DNA from: Magallana gigas
Lineage: Eukaryota
Assembly: GCF_963853765.1 (NCBI RefSeq)
Contig: NC_088861.1
Location: forward strand, 47,058,001-47,122,000
Length of the DNA: 64,000 bases
Reading direction: 5' to 3'
The position numbers and the translations under genes are program-made. The notes below the pieces were generated by a model. The model saw nothing but the letters and a program-made list of their open reading frames with translations. It was not told the DNA's origin and did no database searches. Of the stretch, positions 51,801 to 62,505 are shown piece by piece (positions within the stretch are counted from its first letter, which is position 1; the number at the start of each line of letters is the position of its first letter).

Positions 51801-54800
51801 TATTTTCATTACTTCACAATAAATCATGTTGAAGTAATGATAGTAATTTAATTCCTTGACTTACCAGGTTGCACCTACAATCATATCTAAGAGGCACCGT
51901 TATTTTTAATTCATGTCCCTCTGCGTTTGTGATGCACTTACCAAATTAAAGATTTAATTTGTAACTGTCACTGTTTTCCTGTTTAAAACTTATTCTTTTG
52001 ATAAAATAGGAAATTACAATCATGAACCCATACAAAACAATTGTAGTCAAATTGTGATACAATTTTTTTTTACTGCTCCTTCCCTTTTACAGACATAAAC
52101 TTTAAGGTTTTTATCCAAATGACAACCTTCCCCCTCTCAAAGACATTGAGTACTTTACCTGTTAATACCACTGTGTGTGACCCCCTCCCCCAGACAATGA
52201 GTACTTTACCTGTTAATACCACTGTGTGTGACCCCCTCCCCCGGACATTGAGTACTTTACCTGTTAGTACCACGGTGTGTGACCCCCTCCCAAAGACATT
52301 GAGTACTTTACCTGTTAGTACCACGGTGTGTGACCCCCTCCCCCAGACAATGAGTACTTTACCTGTTAATACCACTGTGTGTGACCCCCCACAGGCCACT
52401 GACTTGGCTTTCTCGGGAATGTTCACTTTCTTGGGTGCTACAGCTTTTCCATAGTCTGTGCCTTGGCCTAGCTTCCCTCCGTCACCCTCCCCAAAAGTAA
52501 ACACCTCACCAACATCTGGAATAAAGTACACCATCTTAATGGTCTCTGTGATGTTTTAAGTTAAAACAAAACCATTCTCTGTAATATTATTAAAACATGA
52601 TTAAACAGAAATAATGTATGACATATGACAATAATAATATCCCTGTGACGAAGATCACATCATCCGTGACGATGATCATATCAACTGTGATAATAATCAT
52701 ATCACCCATGATCATAATACAGGTTATAATGATCATAATACAGGTGACAATGATCATAACACAGGTGACAATGGTCATAATACAGGTGACAATGATCATA
52801 TTGCTGATCAGATCACCCATGACAACTATCAAACAACCTTGAAGATGATCAAATCACTCATGACAATGGTCATATCACCAATGACAACAATCATATCACC
52901 CATGACAAAGATTATATCACCTCAGAGGATGGTCACATAGCCTGTGACATAATCATATCACCTGTGACAATGTTTGGGAGGGTAACAGTTGAAAATGTCA
53001 CCACCGCGAGAACCATTGACGACCTACGCAAAGCGGAGGTTCACAATGGTTTCAAGGGGTGTCAATTTCAACTCTTAACCTCCCAAACAGGCACTATTTA
53101 TTTTATTGAATGTCTTGATTTTAAAGAAAACTTTACTGCTTTTATATAGAAATGACGTGAAATCTACGGCGAACCGTACGCACATAATTCTCGCGCATGT
53201 AACAATTCGTTTTGTTATACTTTCATGTTAAATACTGAAATCTGATTGGTTAAGACGCAGTTAATAATATTTTCTATTACCCTCAGCATTAGCAACGCAC
53301 TTAGCAACGGGTAACATTAAAAAATGTTACATGCGCGAAAATTATGCGCGTATCGTTCGTTTTCTTAAAAATTAAGACATTCAGTATAACAAAATAAATA
53401 GTGCCTGTTTGGGAGGATAACAGTTGAAATTGACACCCCTTGAAAACCATTGTCAACCTCCGCTTCGCGTCGGTTGACAATGGTTTTCTGGGGGTGTCAA
53501 TTTCAACTGTTACCCTCCCAAACAGGCACTATTTATATAGTGTTACCCATTGCCAACTGTGTTGCTAAAGCTCTGGGTAATAGTCTAAGAACGGATTATA
53601 AACTGCATCTAAACCAATCAGATTTCAGTATTTAACATGAAAGTATAATAATGATACATGTTAAAGTCTGATACACAAGTATTATACCAAGTGGTTACAG
53701 TGGAGTCAACTTCTACTTCATATACAAACAGCTATAAAAACAAACATTAAGGTTTTAAAGTTTTTGTAGATATGAACACCAAGTTACATGTATTTTGCAT
53801 AGTTGGTGAAATTTCTGTTGAAAAACTTGATAAATATATATACTGTTCTAGTATATCAAAATTATTCCCAACACAATGTTTTATATTGTTTTATTTATAT
53901 TTTCGATTTTGGGGGGGGTCATGATCTTTCTGACCCCTCTCTAGGTGAACAAATGCAATGGATGTAACGAAGATCTGTGACATTAAGCTTAATACACATA
54001 ACAGTGGTTTACCTGTGACATCAATTATTACACACATGCCAGTGGTTTACCTGTGTCATCAATTATTACACGCATGACAGTGGTTTACCTGTGACATCAA
54101 TTATTACACACATGACAGTGGTTTACCTGTGACATCAATTATTACACACATGACAGTGGTTTACCTGTGACATCAATTATTACACACATGACAGTGGTTT
54201 ACCTGTGACATCAATTATTACACACATGACAGTGGTTTACCTGTGACATCAATTATTACACACATGACAGTGGTTTACCTGTGACATCAATTATTACACA
54301 CATGACAGTGGTTTACCTGTGACATCAATTATTACACACATGACAGTGGTTTACCTGTGACATCAATTATTACACACATGACAGTGGTTTACCTGTGACA
54401 TCAATTATTACACACATGACAGTGGTTTACCTGTGACATCAATTATTACACACATGACAGTGGTTTACCTGTGACATCAATTATTACACACATGACAGTG
54501 GTTTACCTGTGACATCAATTATTACACACATGACAGTGGTTTACCTGTGTCATCAATTATTACACACATAACAGTGGTTTACCTGTGACATCAATTATTA
54601 CACACATAACAGTGGTTTACCTGTGACATCAATTATTACACACATAACAGTGGTTTACCTGTGACATCAATTATTACACACATAACAGTGGTTTACCTGT
54701 GACATCAATTATTACACACATAACAGTGGTTTACCTGTGACATCAATTATTACACACATAACAGTGGTTTACCTGTGACATCAATTATTACACACATAAC

Positions 54801-57800
54801 AGTGGTTTACCTGTGACATCAATTATTACACACATAACAGTGGTTTACCTGTGACATCAATTATTACACACATAACAGTGGTTTACCTGTGACATCAATT
54901 ATTACACACATAACAGTGGTTTACCTGTGTCATCAATTATTACACACATAACAGTGGTTTACCTGTGACATCAATTATAATTACACACATAACAGTGGTT
55001 TACCTGTATCATCAATTATTACACATAACAGTGGTTTACCTGTGACATCAATTACTACACACTTAACAGTGATTTACCTGTGACATCAATTATTACACAC
55101 ATGACAGTGGTTTACCTGTGATTTATATCAATTACTACACACCTGACAGTGATTTACCTGAGTGACATCAGTGATATCTCCTGTGACAATGACTTACCTG
55201 AGTGTGACATCAATGATATCTCCTGTGACATCAGTGATATCTCCTGTGACAATGATTTATCTGAGTGACATCAGTGATATCTCCTGTGACAATGATTTAC
55301 CTGAGTGACATCAGTGATATCTCCTGTGACAATGACTTACCTGTAACAATTGCTGTGTGATAGTAACCACAGGCCACACTGATGACTTTGTTGTCTGTAC
55401 TGAGGAGAGTGGGAGTGGATTTGTCCTCGATGTCCCCCAGGCCGAGCTGCCCCTCACTGCCCCCTCCCCACACATATAGCTCTCCGTCATCTACAAAATC
55501 ACACAGTAGTTATAAAATACTGGTGCAGAATCAAAAGTCAAAATTCTAGAATAAGATCTGTGCAATCAATCATTACATACAACAGGGCTCTGTTCTTTGA
55601 GAAGTAAATGTCAGTCATACATATAAGGGGTGCACACTTGTCATTGACTGAGTGAGAAACACAGAGAGATCCTTTTGCTTTACTTGTTAAAAGCACAGAG
55701 TAACCTGCCCTTGTTATAAACCTGGGAGAGATAGAGTTGTCTGCCCTTGTTACAAACCTGTGAGAGAGATAGAGTAGTCTGCCCTTGTTACGTACCTGTG
55801 ACAGAGATAGAGTAGTCTGCCCTTGTTACATACCTGTGACAGAGATAGAGTAGTCTGCCCTTGTTACATACCTGTGACAGAGATAGAGTAGTCTGCCCTT
55901 GTTACGTACCTGTGACAGAGATAGAGTAGTCTGCCCTTGTTACGTACCTGTGAGAGAGATAGAGTAGTCTGCCCTTGTTACATACCTGTGACAGAGATAG
56001 AGTAGTCTGCCCTTGTTACATACCTGTGACAGAGATAGTGCAGTCTGCCCTTGTTACATACCTGTGACAGAGATAGAATAGTCTGCCCTTGTTACATACC
56101 TGTGAGAGAGATAGAGCAGTCTGCCCTTGTTACAAACATGTGAGAGAGATAGAGTAATCTGCACTTGTTACATACCTGTGAGAGAGATAGAGCAGTCTGC
56201 CCTTGTTACATACCTGTGAGAGAGATTAGAGTAGTCTGCCCTTGTTACATACCTGTGACAGAGATAGAGTAGTCTGCCCTTGTTACATACCTGTGAGAGA
56301 GATAGAGTAGTTTGCCCTTGTTACATACCTGTGAGAGAGATTAGAGTAGTCTGCCCTTGTTACATACCTGTGACAGAGATAGAGTAGTCTGACCTTGATA
56401 CATACCTGTGACAGAGATAGAGTAGTCTGCCCTTGTTACATACCTGTGAGAGAGATAGAGTACTATCCCCTTGTTACGTACCTGTGACAGAGATAGAGTA
56501 GTCTGCCCTTGTTACATACCTGTGACAGAGATAGAGTAGTCTGTCCTTGTTACATACCTGTGACAGAGATAGAGTAGTATGCCCTTGTTACGTACCTGTG
56601 ACAGAGATAGAGTAGTCTGCCCTTGATACATACCTGTGAGAGAGATAGAGTAGTATGCCCTTGATACATACCTGTGAGAGAGATAGAGTAGTATCCCCTT
56701 GTTACATACCTGTGAGTGCCACAGAGTGATCTGCCCCTGCAGCCAGTGCTTTGTACTGCCTTGGTTCACACTCCACTTTAACTGGACAATTACTGCTGGG
56801 GATGTCCTCCACCCCTAACTGACCGTCTCCATTAGCACCAAAAGTATACAGACAGCCAGACTCTAAAAATAAAACAAAAGATATTTTGAATTTTTTCTTC
56901 TTCTAAAAATACTAAGAAATTGATCACAAATCAATACATGTGTATTTATTAGTTTGTCATATAAAAGAATGTGTATATTTTTCTATCATATTGCAATTTT
57001 TTAAAATTAAAATGAATTTAAATTCAAGTTTTCCTGCTCTAAAGCCCTACTCCATCCCACAAATCTGCTGGAAAAACACAGCCATTAAGATCTACTTGTA
57101 ATATCAATCACTAAAGGAAATGCAAACAGACCCGTGGCTACTATCGTGTGAATTCTTCCACATGCCACCACTTTCACTTTCTCAGGTTTCAGCTCTGAAA
57201 AAGAAAAAAGAATTACCAGTGTCATACCGGTAAACAAATTATCACTCAAGTCTTGTCCAATTATGCGTGGAGTGACTGCATATTGATTACCAACTTTTAA
57301 AGAAGACAGTTCCTCATTTCAATAAAACAATTTGTTGTAAATTTGCTCATTTAAGATCCCATGTTTAATGATCAGTGTTCTCTATCATACTAAATTATAA
57401 ATATGAAAAAGTCAACAGATGTTTGATAACATTTAAGTTTGGTAGAGACATAAAAATTTTAATTTAGATTTTTGAAATTAAGAAATAAATCTGACTTACT
57501 TTTGACGCAGCATGGTCTGGTCGACACTTTGACCTCGTCAATTCCCAGTTGACCCCAATCGTTGACCCCAAATGTGAAGAGCCGACCACTCTCTGTCAAA
57601 GACACCAAAAAAAGCTATATCATGAGTTTTGATCTAGTGTTAATCTTTGATGTTGTGTTAATTTTTGATCTAGTGTTAATCTCAAACAAGGATAGCAAAA
57701 TGTTAAGTCATATTCTAGGAAAATTCCCCAAAAAGACAAAAGATGCAAGTATTCAAATTTTCATCAGAAAAGAACCACAGTGGCCTCATCTGGATCTTCC

Positions 57801-60073
57801 AGAATTATTCTGTGTTAAACTCATCTAATGATATCAGAAATCCAATTAAATCAAACAGTATCTTCATTGTCACGCGGATCTAAACCTACATCAGAGGAAG
57901 CATTCTCAACCGGATCTTAAACCTACTGTAACAGCATTGTCACCCGGATCTAAACCTACAGCAGACTGGAATCATTGTCACGCGGATCTAACCCTACATT
58001 AGAGGAACTATTGTCACCCGGATCTAAACCTACTGTAACAGCAGAGGGTACTAATATAACCTGGATCTAAACCTACATTAGAGAAACCATTGTCATCTGG
58101 ATCTAAATCTGAACTGGAACCATGTACAGATACATTAACCTGTACCAGGAAGACACCTGTCCATCCAGATCCAGGTTGGCACCTGGGTCCTCTGCAGTTT
58201 TGGTCAAATTCTAAGCTAGCTAGCTTGTCACTTTATTTGCCCTCTCCCACCCCCATCCAAAAATATTTCTCCGCACAAACACCAAATTCAACAATAGTCA
58301 GCCTTTTTGCTTGCAGTTTTTACACGAGACAGGGGAGGCAACATCCTGAACTAATCTTTGACACTTACAAAGTTAATGCATCACAGGTGACCTTTTGTTG
58401 ATACTACATATCTAACTTATGGAACCTTACTGACACACTGACCTATGACTAACAATGTGAGTTAATATCTGACAGAATACTGACTTTCGTGAGCGAGTTT
58501 TGCGAGGTTCCCAAGAACCTCATTGTCAAGTATTGCTCGCATCAAACCAGTCTTTGCCATATACCGGTAGTTGAAATTTTAAAAAAAAGTGTGGATAAGG
58601 CTTGGTCGTGAAAAAAATGGTCGACGCAAACCAGTTCATCTCAGGTTAATCGTGAAATAAAGTTGCCCCGAATAAAAGTATCGATGCTGACACACTTACC
58701 TGTGACTAATGCTGTGTGTTCATCTCCGCAGGCCACAGACTTGGCCTTGTCACCTCGGACCCAGAATTTGTTTGGTAAATTGTCCCCAAATCGGGATTTT
58801 CCAAATGTGAAAATTGCTCCAGACTCTGCCATAATAAAATTTTACATACAGGGCATGTTTTCATTATAATATGCTTTAGAAATTTTTGACATTTATATTT
58901 AAAACCGTTACCATTAAAAAAAAAACCCATCCAATAATCACAGTACTATAGCAGGCACATTGCAACAGAGGAGTGGAAGCAAAAACTCGGGACAGAGTAT
59001 AGAATGATTTCAATCCTATTTCACTGCCCAATGAGGCAGAGTGAAGACCTTCAGTGAAACTGATATCACACCTGCCTGATCCCTACCCCCTCCCTCCTTT
59101 GATTTACCATTTTGTATGAAAAGCAGTTAATATTAATGACCGTTCAATTATACTTTGTAAATCTGACGTGTCATATTATTATATATACTGCAATATCATA
59201 TGATTTTAATTTCAATACAATTCAAATGATTTCATCAAGTTATACAACTCTCTCATCCTGTTATACTGTACAGATGCTTATAAGTATGCAAATAATTTAA
59301 TAATAATAATTTAATAACGCATTGGGTTTCTATCCATAATTACACGGTACACCAAGTGTATAATGTTGGAGAGAAAACCTGGGGATTACCATGCATGATG
59401 CTCGGACATTGCAGTGATGTATAAAAAAAATCTCTTGAGATGATATTTGATTTGATCAAGTGATTTTTATTTTCTTTACCCGACCTTCATCGCTAACAAA
59501 AGCTTGGGAGAGACAATTTAAATAACTTGTTGGACAAAAATCAAATACCACCACAAATCAAGAGAGATTCTATAATAAAATGAAATATGTATTATGTTGA
59601 GAATTGGACAGGCATAGCCTTCTAGATGAAGGCTATATGTACATGTCAAGTTCTCAAGAGAGAAGAATGTACAGTGTAATTGTATCATGCAGTGCTGTCA
59701 AGAAATGAATTATATAATCTGTAAATGCCAAGTTCAGTTTACATATATATAGAAAATTTGTGTGACTTACTGAGAGTAAATTTAAAAAGTTCATTTCAAA
59801 ATCGTTTCATTAGTTTTTATTGAAACCATACCGTATAATCATTACGCTAGTATTTGGTCCCCCCCCCCCTTCCCGTTATTAAATCGCGTAATTGATCATT
59901 TTTGAGCCGCTTGTGTAATAATAAGTCAATACAAAGATAAAAGAGCGGATTTGTATAATGACGACAGAAAAAACGACGTTCATTGCATCCCTGGAATCTC
60001 TATATTCCTTGGACTGCGAACCCTAGACATGTTTAGACTTACCAGGAATCTCCGAGTCGTCTCCCGCCGCCAT
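39877..60073 (-). CDS. RPGR: RPGR orthologue (RCC1-like propeller, E/K/D-rich tail, CaaX), about 21 exons, about 837 aa. Exons: 60073-60043, 58825-58700, 57592-57500, 57194-57132, 56862-56710, 55490-55341, 52515-52363, 50736-50584, 49652-49528, 48823-48617, 47797-47668, 46806-46730, 46254-46189, 45423-45190, 43783-43700, 43500-43377, 42840-42728, 42649-42493, 42137-41965, 40937-40860, 39900-39877
   Basis: N-terminus SGAIFTFGKSRF..NKFW, RCC1 repeats (ACGxxHT, FGxGxxGQLG), ARDRRR and NRTLP motifs, and last exon SSTCTIL-stop matching the vertebrate RPGR CTIL prenylation box. Phases are consistent. Low-complexity tail exon boundaries are less certain. Confidence 0.9.
40102..40425 (+). mobile_element. 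Short HINE in the last RPGR intron
   Basis: 5' aacaagaatagaattcc, (acgg/accc)n microsatellite and a 3' hairpin tgtcccc..ggggaca followed by an A-run. Confidence 0.8.
40602..40818. mobile_element. TA-flanked CTGTAAA...TTTACAG MITE (TcMar-like)
   Basis: Inverted ends with aaagtggttatt / aataaccacttt and TA flanks. Confidence 0.7.
40982..41200 (+). mobile_element. TTAA-flanked MITE fragment with tRNA-like cassette
   Basis: ttaa|agttggtatgggacacc, then tagcgtaatggg..gagttcgaatccc. Inverted relative to the 41551-41877 copy. Confidence 0.7.
41551..41877 (-). mobile_element. TTAA-flanked Kolobok-like MITE with tRNA-like cassette
   Basis: TTAA|ggtggtatgggacacc ... aatgtcatataccgtc|TTAA (degenerate TIR). 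Internal gggattcaaactc..ctctaacccattgcgttacgct is a tRNA-like sequence on the minus strand. Confidence 0.75.
44380..44610 (-). mobile_element. Truncated copy of the same TTAA/tRNA-like MITE family
   Basis: ttaa|ggtggtattggacacctgtcaatatcaatgtggataaaag matches 41551. Degraded tRNA-like segment at about 44525-44590. Confidence 0.7.
45709..45882. mobile_element. TcMar/pogo-like MITE
   Basis: TA|CAGTAAAACACG ... CGTGTTTTACTG|TA. Confidence 0.85.
48951..49172. mobile_element. TcMar-like MITE
   Basis: ta|ccgtaaaccaacttttattcg ... gcgaataaaagttaatttactg inverted ends. Confidence 0.65.
50224..50430. mobile_element. TcMar-like MITE
   Basis: TA|CTGTAAA ... TTTACAG|TA. Confidence 0.7.
50445..50590 (-). 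repeat. 20-bp donor-site minisatellite after RPGR exon 8
   Basis: Minus-strand unit gtaaatacagctagttacag, about 7 progressively degenerate copies starting at the donor. Confidence 0.9.
50961..51781. mobile_element. hAT-like non-autonomous element
   Basis: TAGGGATGGcAAT ... ATTACCATCCCCA termini. Flanks taaaaaac / ctaaaaac are an imperfect 8-bp TSD. Confidence 0.65.
52130..52390 (-). repeat. 51-bp in-frame donor-site minisatellite x5 at RPGR exon 7
   Basis: ACAG|GTAAAG donors with exon ends at 52363, 52312, 52261, 52210 and 52159. Each unit encodes GKVL(I/N)VxGRGSHTVVLT. Confidence 0.95.
52620..52965. repeat. Degenerate ~21-bp minisatellite
   Basis: gatcataatacaggtgacaat / atcatatcacccatgacaa units. 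Confidence 0.85.
52971..53650. mobile_element. Nested-palindrome element, Crypton-like non-autonomous
   Basis: Two related hairpins (52971-53099 and 53395-53535, core tgtttgggagg.taacagttgaaat...aatttcaactgtt.cctcccaaaca) plus inverted copies 53215-53320 / 53540-53650. The family name is inferred from the architecture. Confidence 0.7.
53990..55140 (-). repeat. 38-bp minisatellite (~30 copies) with CACAG|GTAAAC core in RPGR intron 6
   Basis: Plus-strand unit cagtggtttacctgtgacatcaattattacacacat(g/a)a. Two variant blocks (catga and cataa). Confidence 0.97.
55141..55345 (-). repeat. 40-bp donor-site minisatellite directly after RPGR exon 6
   Basis: Plus-strand unit acctgagtgacatcagtgatatctcctgtgacaatgattt, about 5 copies, starting at the donor. 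Confidence 0.92.
55700..56715 (-). repeat. 38-bp donor-site minisatellite (~26 copies) after RPGR exon 5
   Basis: Minus-strand unit gtatgtaacaagggcagactactctatctctgtcacag, a copy of the exon end GGGCAGATCACTCTGTGGCACTCACAG plus the intron start gtatgtaacaag. Confidence 0.97.
57860..58110. repeat. ~41-bp degenerate minisatellite in RPGR intron 2
   Basis: Recurrent attgtcacccggatctaaacctac. Confidence 0.85.
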
Positions 60074-61384
60074 TACTGTATCCTAAACAACATTCCTCAA
60101 GTGCCCGGATGTTTACAGTCGCACTAACACGTGCGTTTGTTTATCATCGATATGTGACACGCCCACTGAGTCGATATCGGGGAAAATTTTCAAAATATTC
60201 ATGTCATGTTGAAAACACAAGATTTTGCCATTATTTAAAGTACTTAGAGTACTCATTGTAAATTTGTCTATAACTTTATATACTGGAACCTTGCTTGGTC
60301 TTGGTGTTACATGTATAATCATGATAATTTTGAGTAATACATGTATAATAATTGCCAATCAATCTTAGAAATGCATCTTCATGTACATTTATAGTCTGTC
60401 AATGCCCCCAAATAGTTACACTCACGAGCCAAAAGTATGTCAATTTTTTTTTAATTAATCTTTTTTTTGGAGGGGGGTCTAATTAATTTGTTTAATTGAA
60501 AACATTCCTTATATTCTAAAAAGGTTGTCTAACGTTGTTTTTTGTCATATTAAAAAAAAAAAATGATATAAATTGATTTAGTCTGATTTAAGAGCTTTAC
60601 TACATGTATATTCTAAGAGATCGACTTTGCAATATACAAGCCAAAAAATTTTCCTTTGGCCATGGCCGGATTGTTAATATATCAAATCTCATGAACAGAG
60701 AGTTGGAAAATATTTATATATCATGTCAAAAAAACTTAATGAGAAATTCTGGATTCAGTATCAATCCACATCTCTTCAAACTAGGCCAAAGGATTAATTA
60801 CTGCATGCACGGATCCAGACATTTTTCCAGGGGGTCCTAAGGATATATATGTGTTTGCCAGGGGGAAATTTAATAAATTTTCATTTTCTGTTTAACTATA
60901 TCTTCTTTAAAAAAGATGGTTTTCGAAAAAATATATATTGATTCATAGCTTTCACTTTTCTAAATGCACGAATATATATCAAAGAAACAGTCTAAAACAA
61001 AACAAATCAAAACAGAAAACCCAAAACAAACATGATATTGAATATGATTTATTTCTTTATTCATCAGCTATTGCACAAAACGATAAAATAAATAGTTACA
61101 TAGTCAATATCTGACTTTGAGATCTTAATTACATGTAGTTACTACTAGTTATTACATGTTGTTTTAAATCAGCATTTGAAAGAGCACAAAAAGCATTCTA
61201 AGATACACTATATCATATGTACTGTATAATCACAATCTCCTACCATCTAAACCAAGACTTGACATTAATCTTAGATTAGATTATGCTGATATTATCTTTA
61301 TCTCTGCTGCCTGTTATTGCTATATGCAGGTAAAAATCTACCCCCAAGGTAAATGTTGATAAAAACGTGTTATACAAACTATGT

Positions 61385-61640
61385 AATTACCAACCATGTA
61401 TCTAAAGTTACATGTAATATAATGTAATGTAATTACCTACCATACTTCACAGTTACATGTAATACAACTCATGTATTACCTACCATACAATCACAGTTAC
61501 ACATAATACAATGTAATTACCTATCATAACTCACAACTGCATGTAAGACAATGTCATGTAATTACCTATGGTAACCATACTTCACAGTTATATGTAATAC
61601 AATGTAATATAATTACATACCATACCTCACATTTACATTA
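61385..61640. repeat. ~40-bp degenerate minisatellite downstream of PIGZ
   Basis: Recurrent atgtaattacctaccatacttcacagttacatgtaatacaa. Confidence 0.85.
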
Positions 61641-62505
61641 GTGTATTTCTTGTAAGTGTTTGTTACAAACATGAATAATAATTGTAAAGTTTATACACCT
61701 CCAAAATGGAAATGCATAACAGCTGTTAGATTTTAAACTGAAACCTGATCAGATCTTTGAGAAGCCCTTCATGCTTCACAGGTTTCGCAGGATTTGATAA
61801 TGTGACCAACGAAGTTCATATCCTAGTGAACTTTTTGACATTGCTAATTATTTTCTTAAGTAATAGAGCGTATAAATAAACAATATACATATTAAAATAA
61901 AATTGCACTTTATAACTTCATGAGATACAGGTATACAACAAAGGCTGAGGGAGCAAAGATGTTTCTGTTTTTACAGGTAGATATTATCATAATTCTACTT
62001 ACAACAAAATGTAAAATTAAAAAATGTATATGATATGCTTATGACAGCTGGAATATTATGATCAATACCATTTATAGTTGACCTTGACATTCACAATCAG
62101 CAGCATTGACCTTGACCTTGTCGTAAACTCCATGCACTCAATAGGTATGGCTATAAACAGGTGACGGAAAATGAATTCAAACATATAATTACCAATCTCA
62201 AGGGACTTAACATAGCATAGAACATGTAGAAAGCAAAAGATTTCCTCTAAGTGAGTATTGCAGCAATAATATCATTAATTATGCACAGCTACGTAAAAAC
62301 ACAAGTTATAAAAACAATCCAATACAAAAAAAACACAAAAATAACAAAAAGTTCTTTAAAGATTATGCAAAGCTAAATCACACTTTTTGAGGTTGTGTAT
62401 AAAACATACACTGCCTAATATCAGAGATGTCATTGTTAAAAACACTACATGTATTTTGAACAATGCTAAAACAAATCAAAATATTTAATTCAAACAAGAA
62501 TCAAA

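Noticed and set aside
52590-52842. Ile/Met/Thr-rich ORFs on both strands
   Set aside because: They are translations of a 21-bp minisatellite.
53990-56715. CRISPR-like regular arrays
   Set aside because: Units are head-to-tail with no unique spacers, the context is a eukaryotic intron and there are no cas genes. These are minisatellites.
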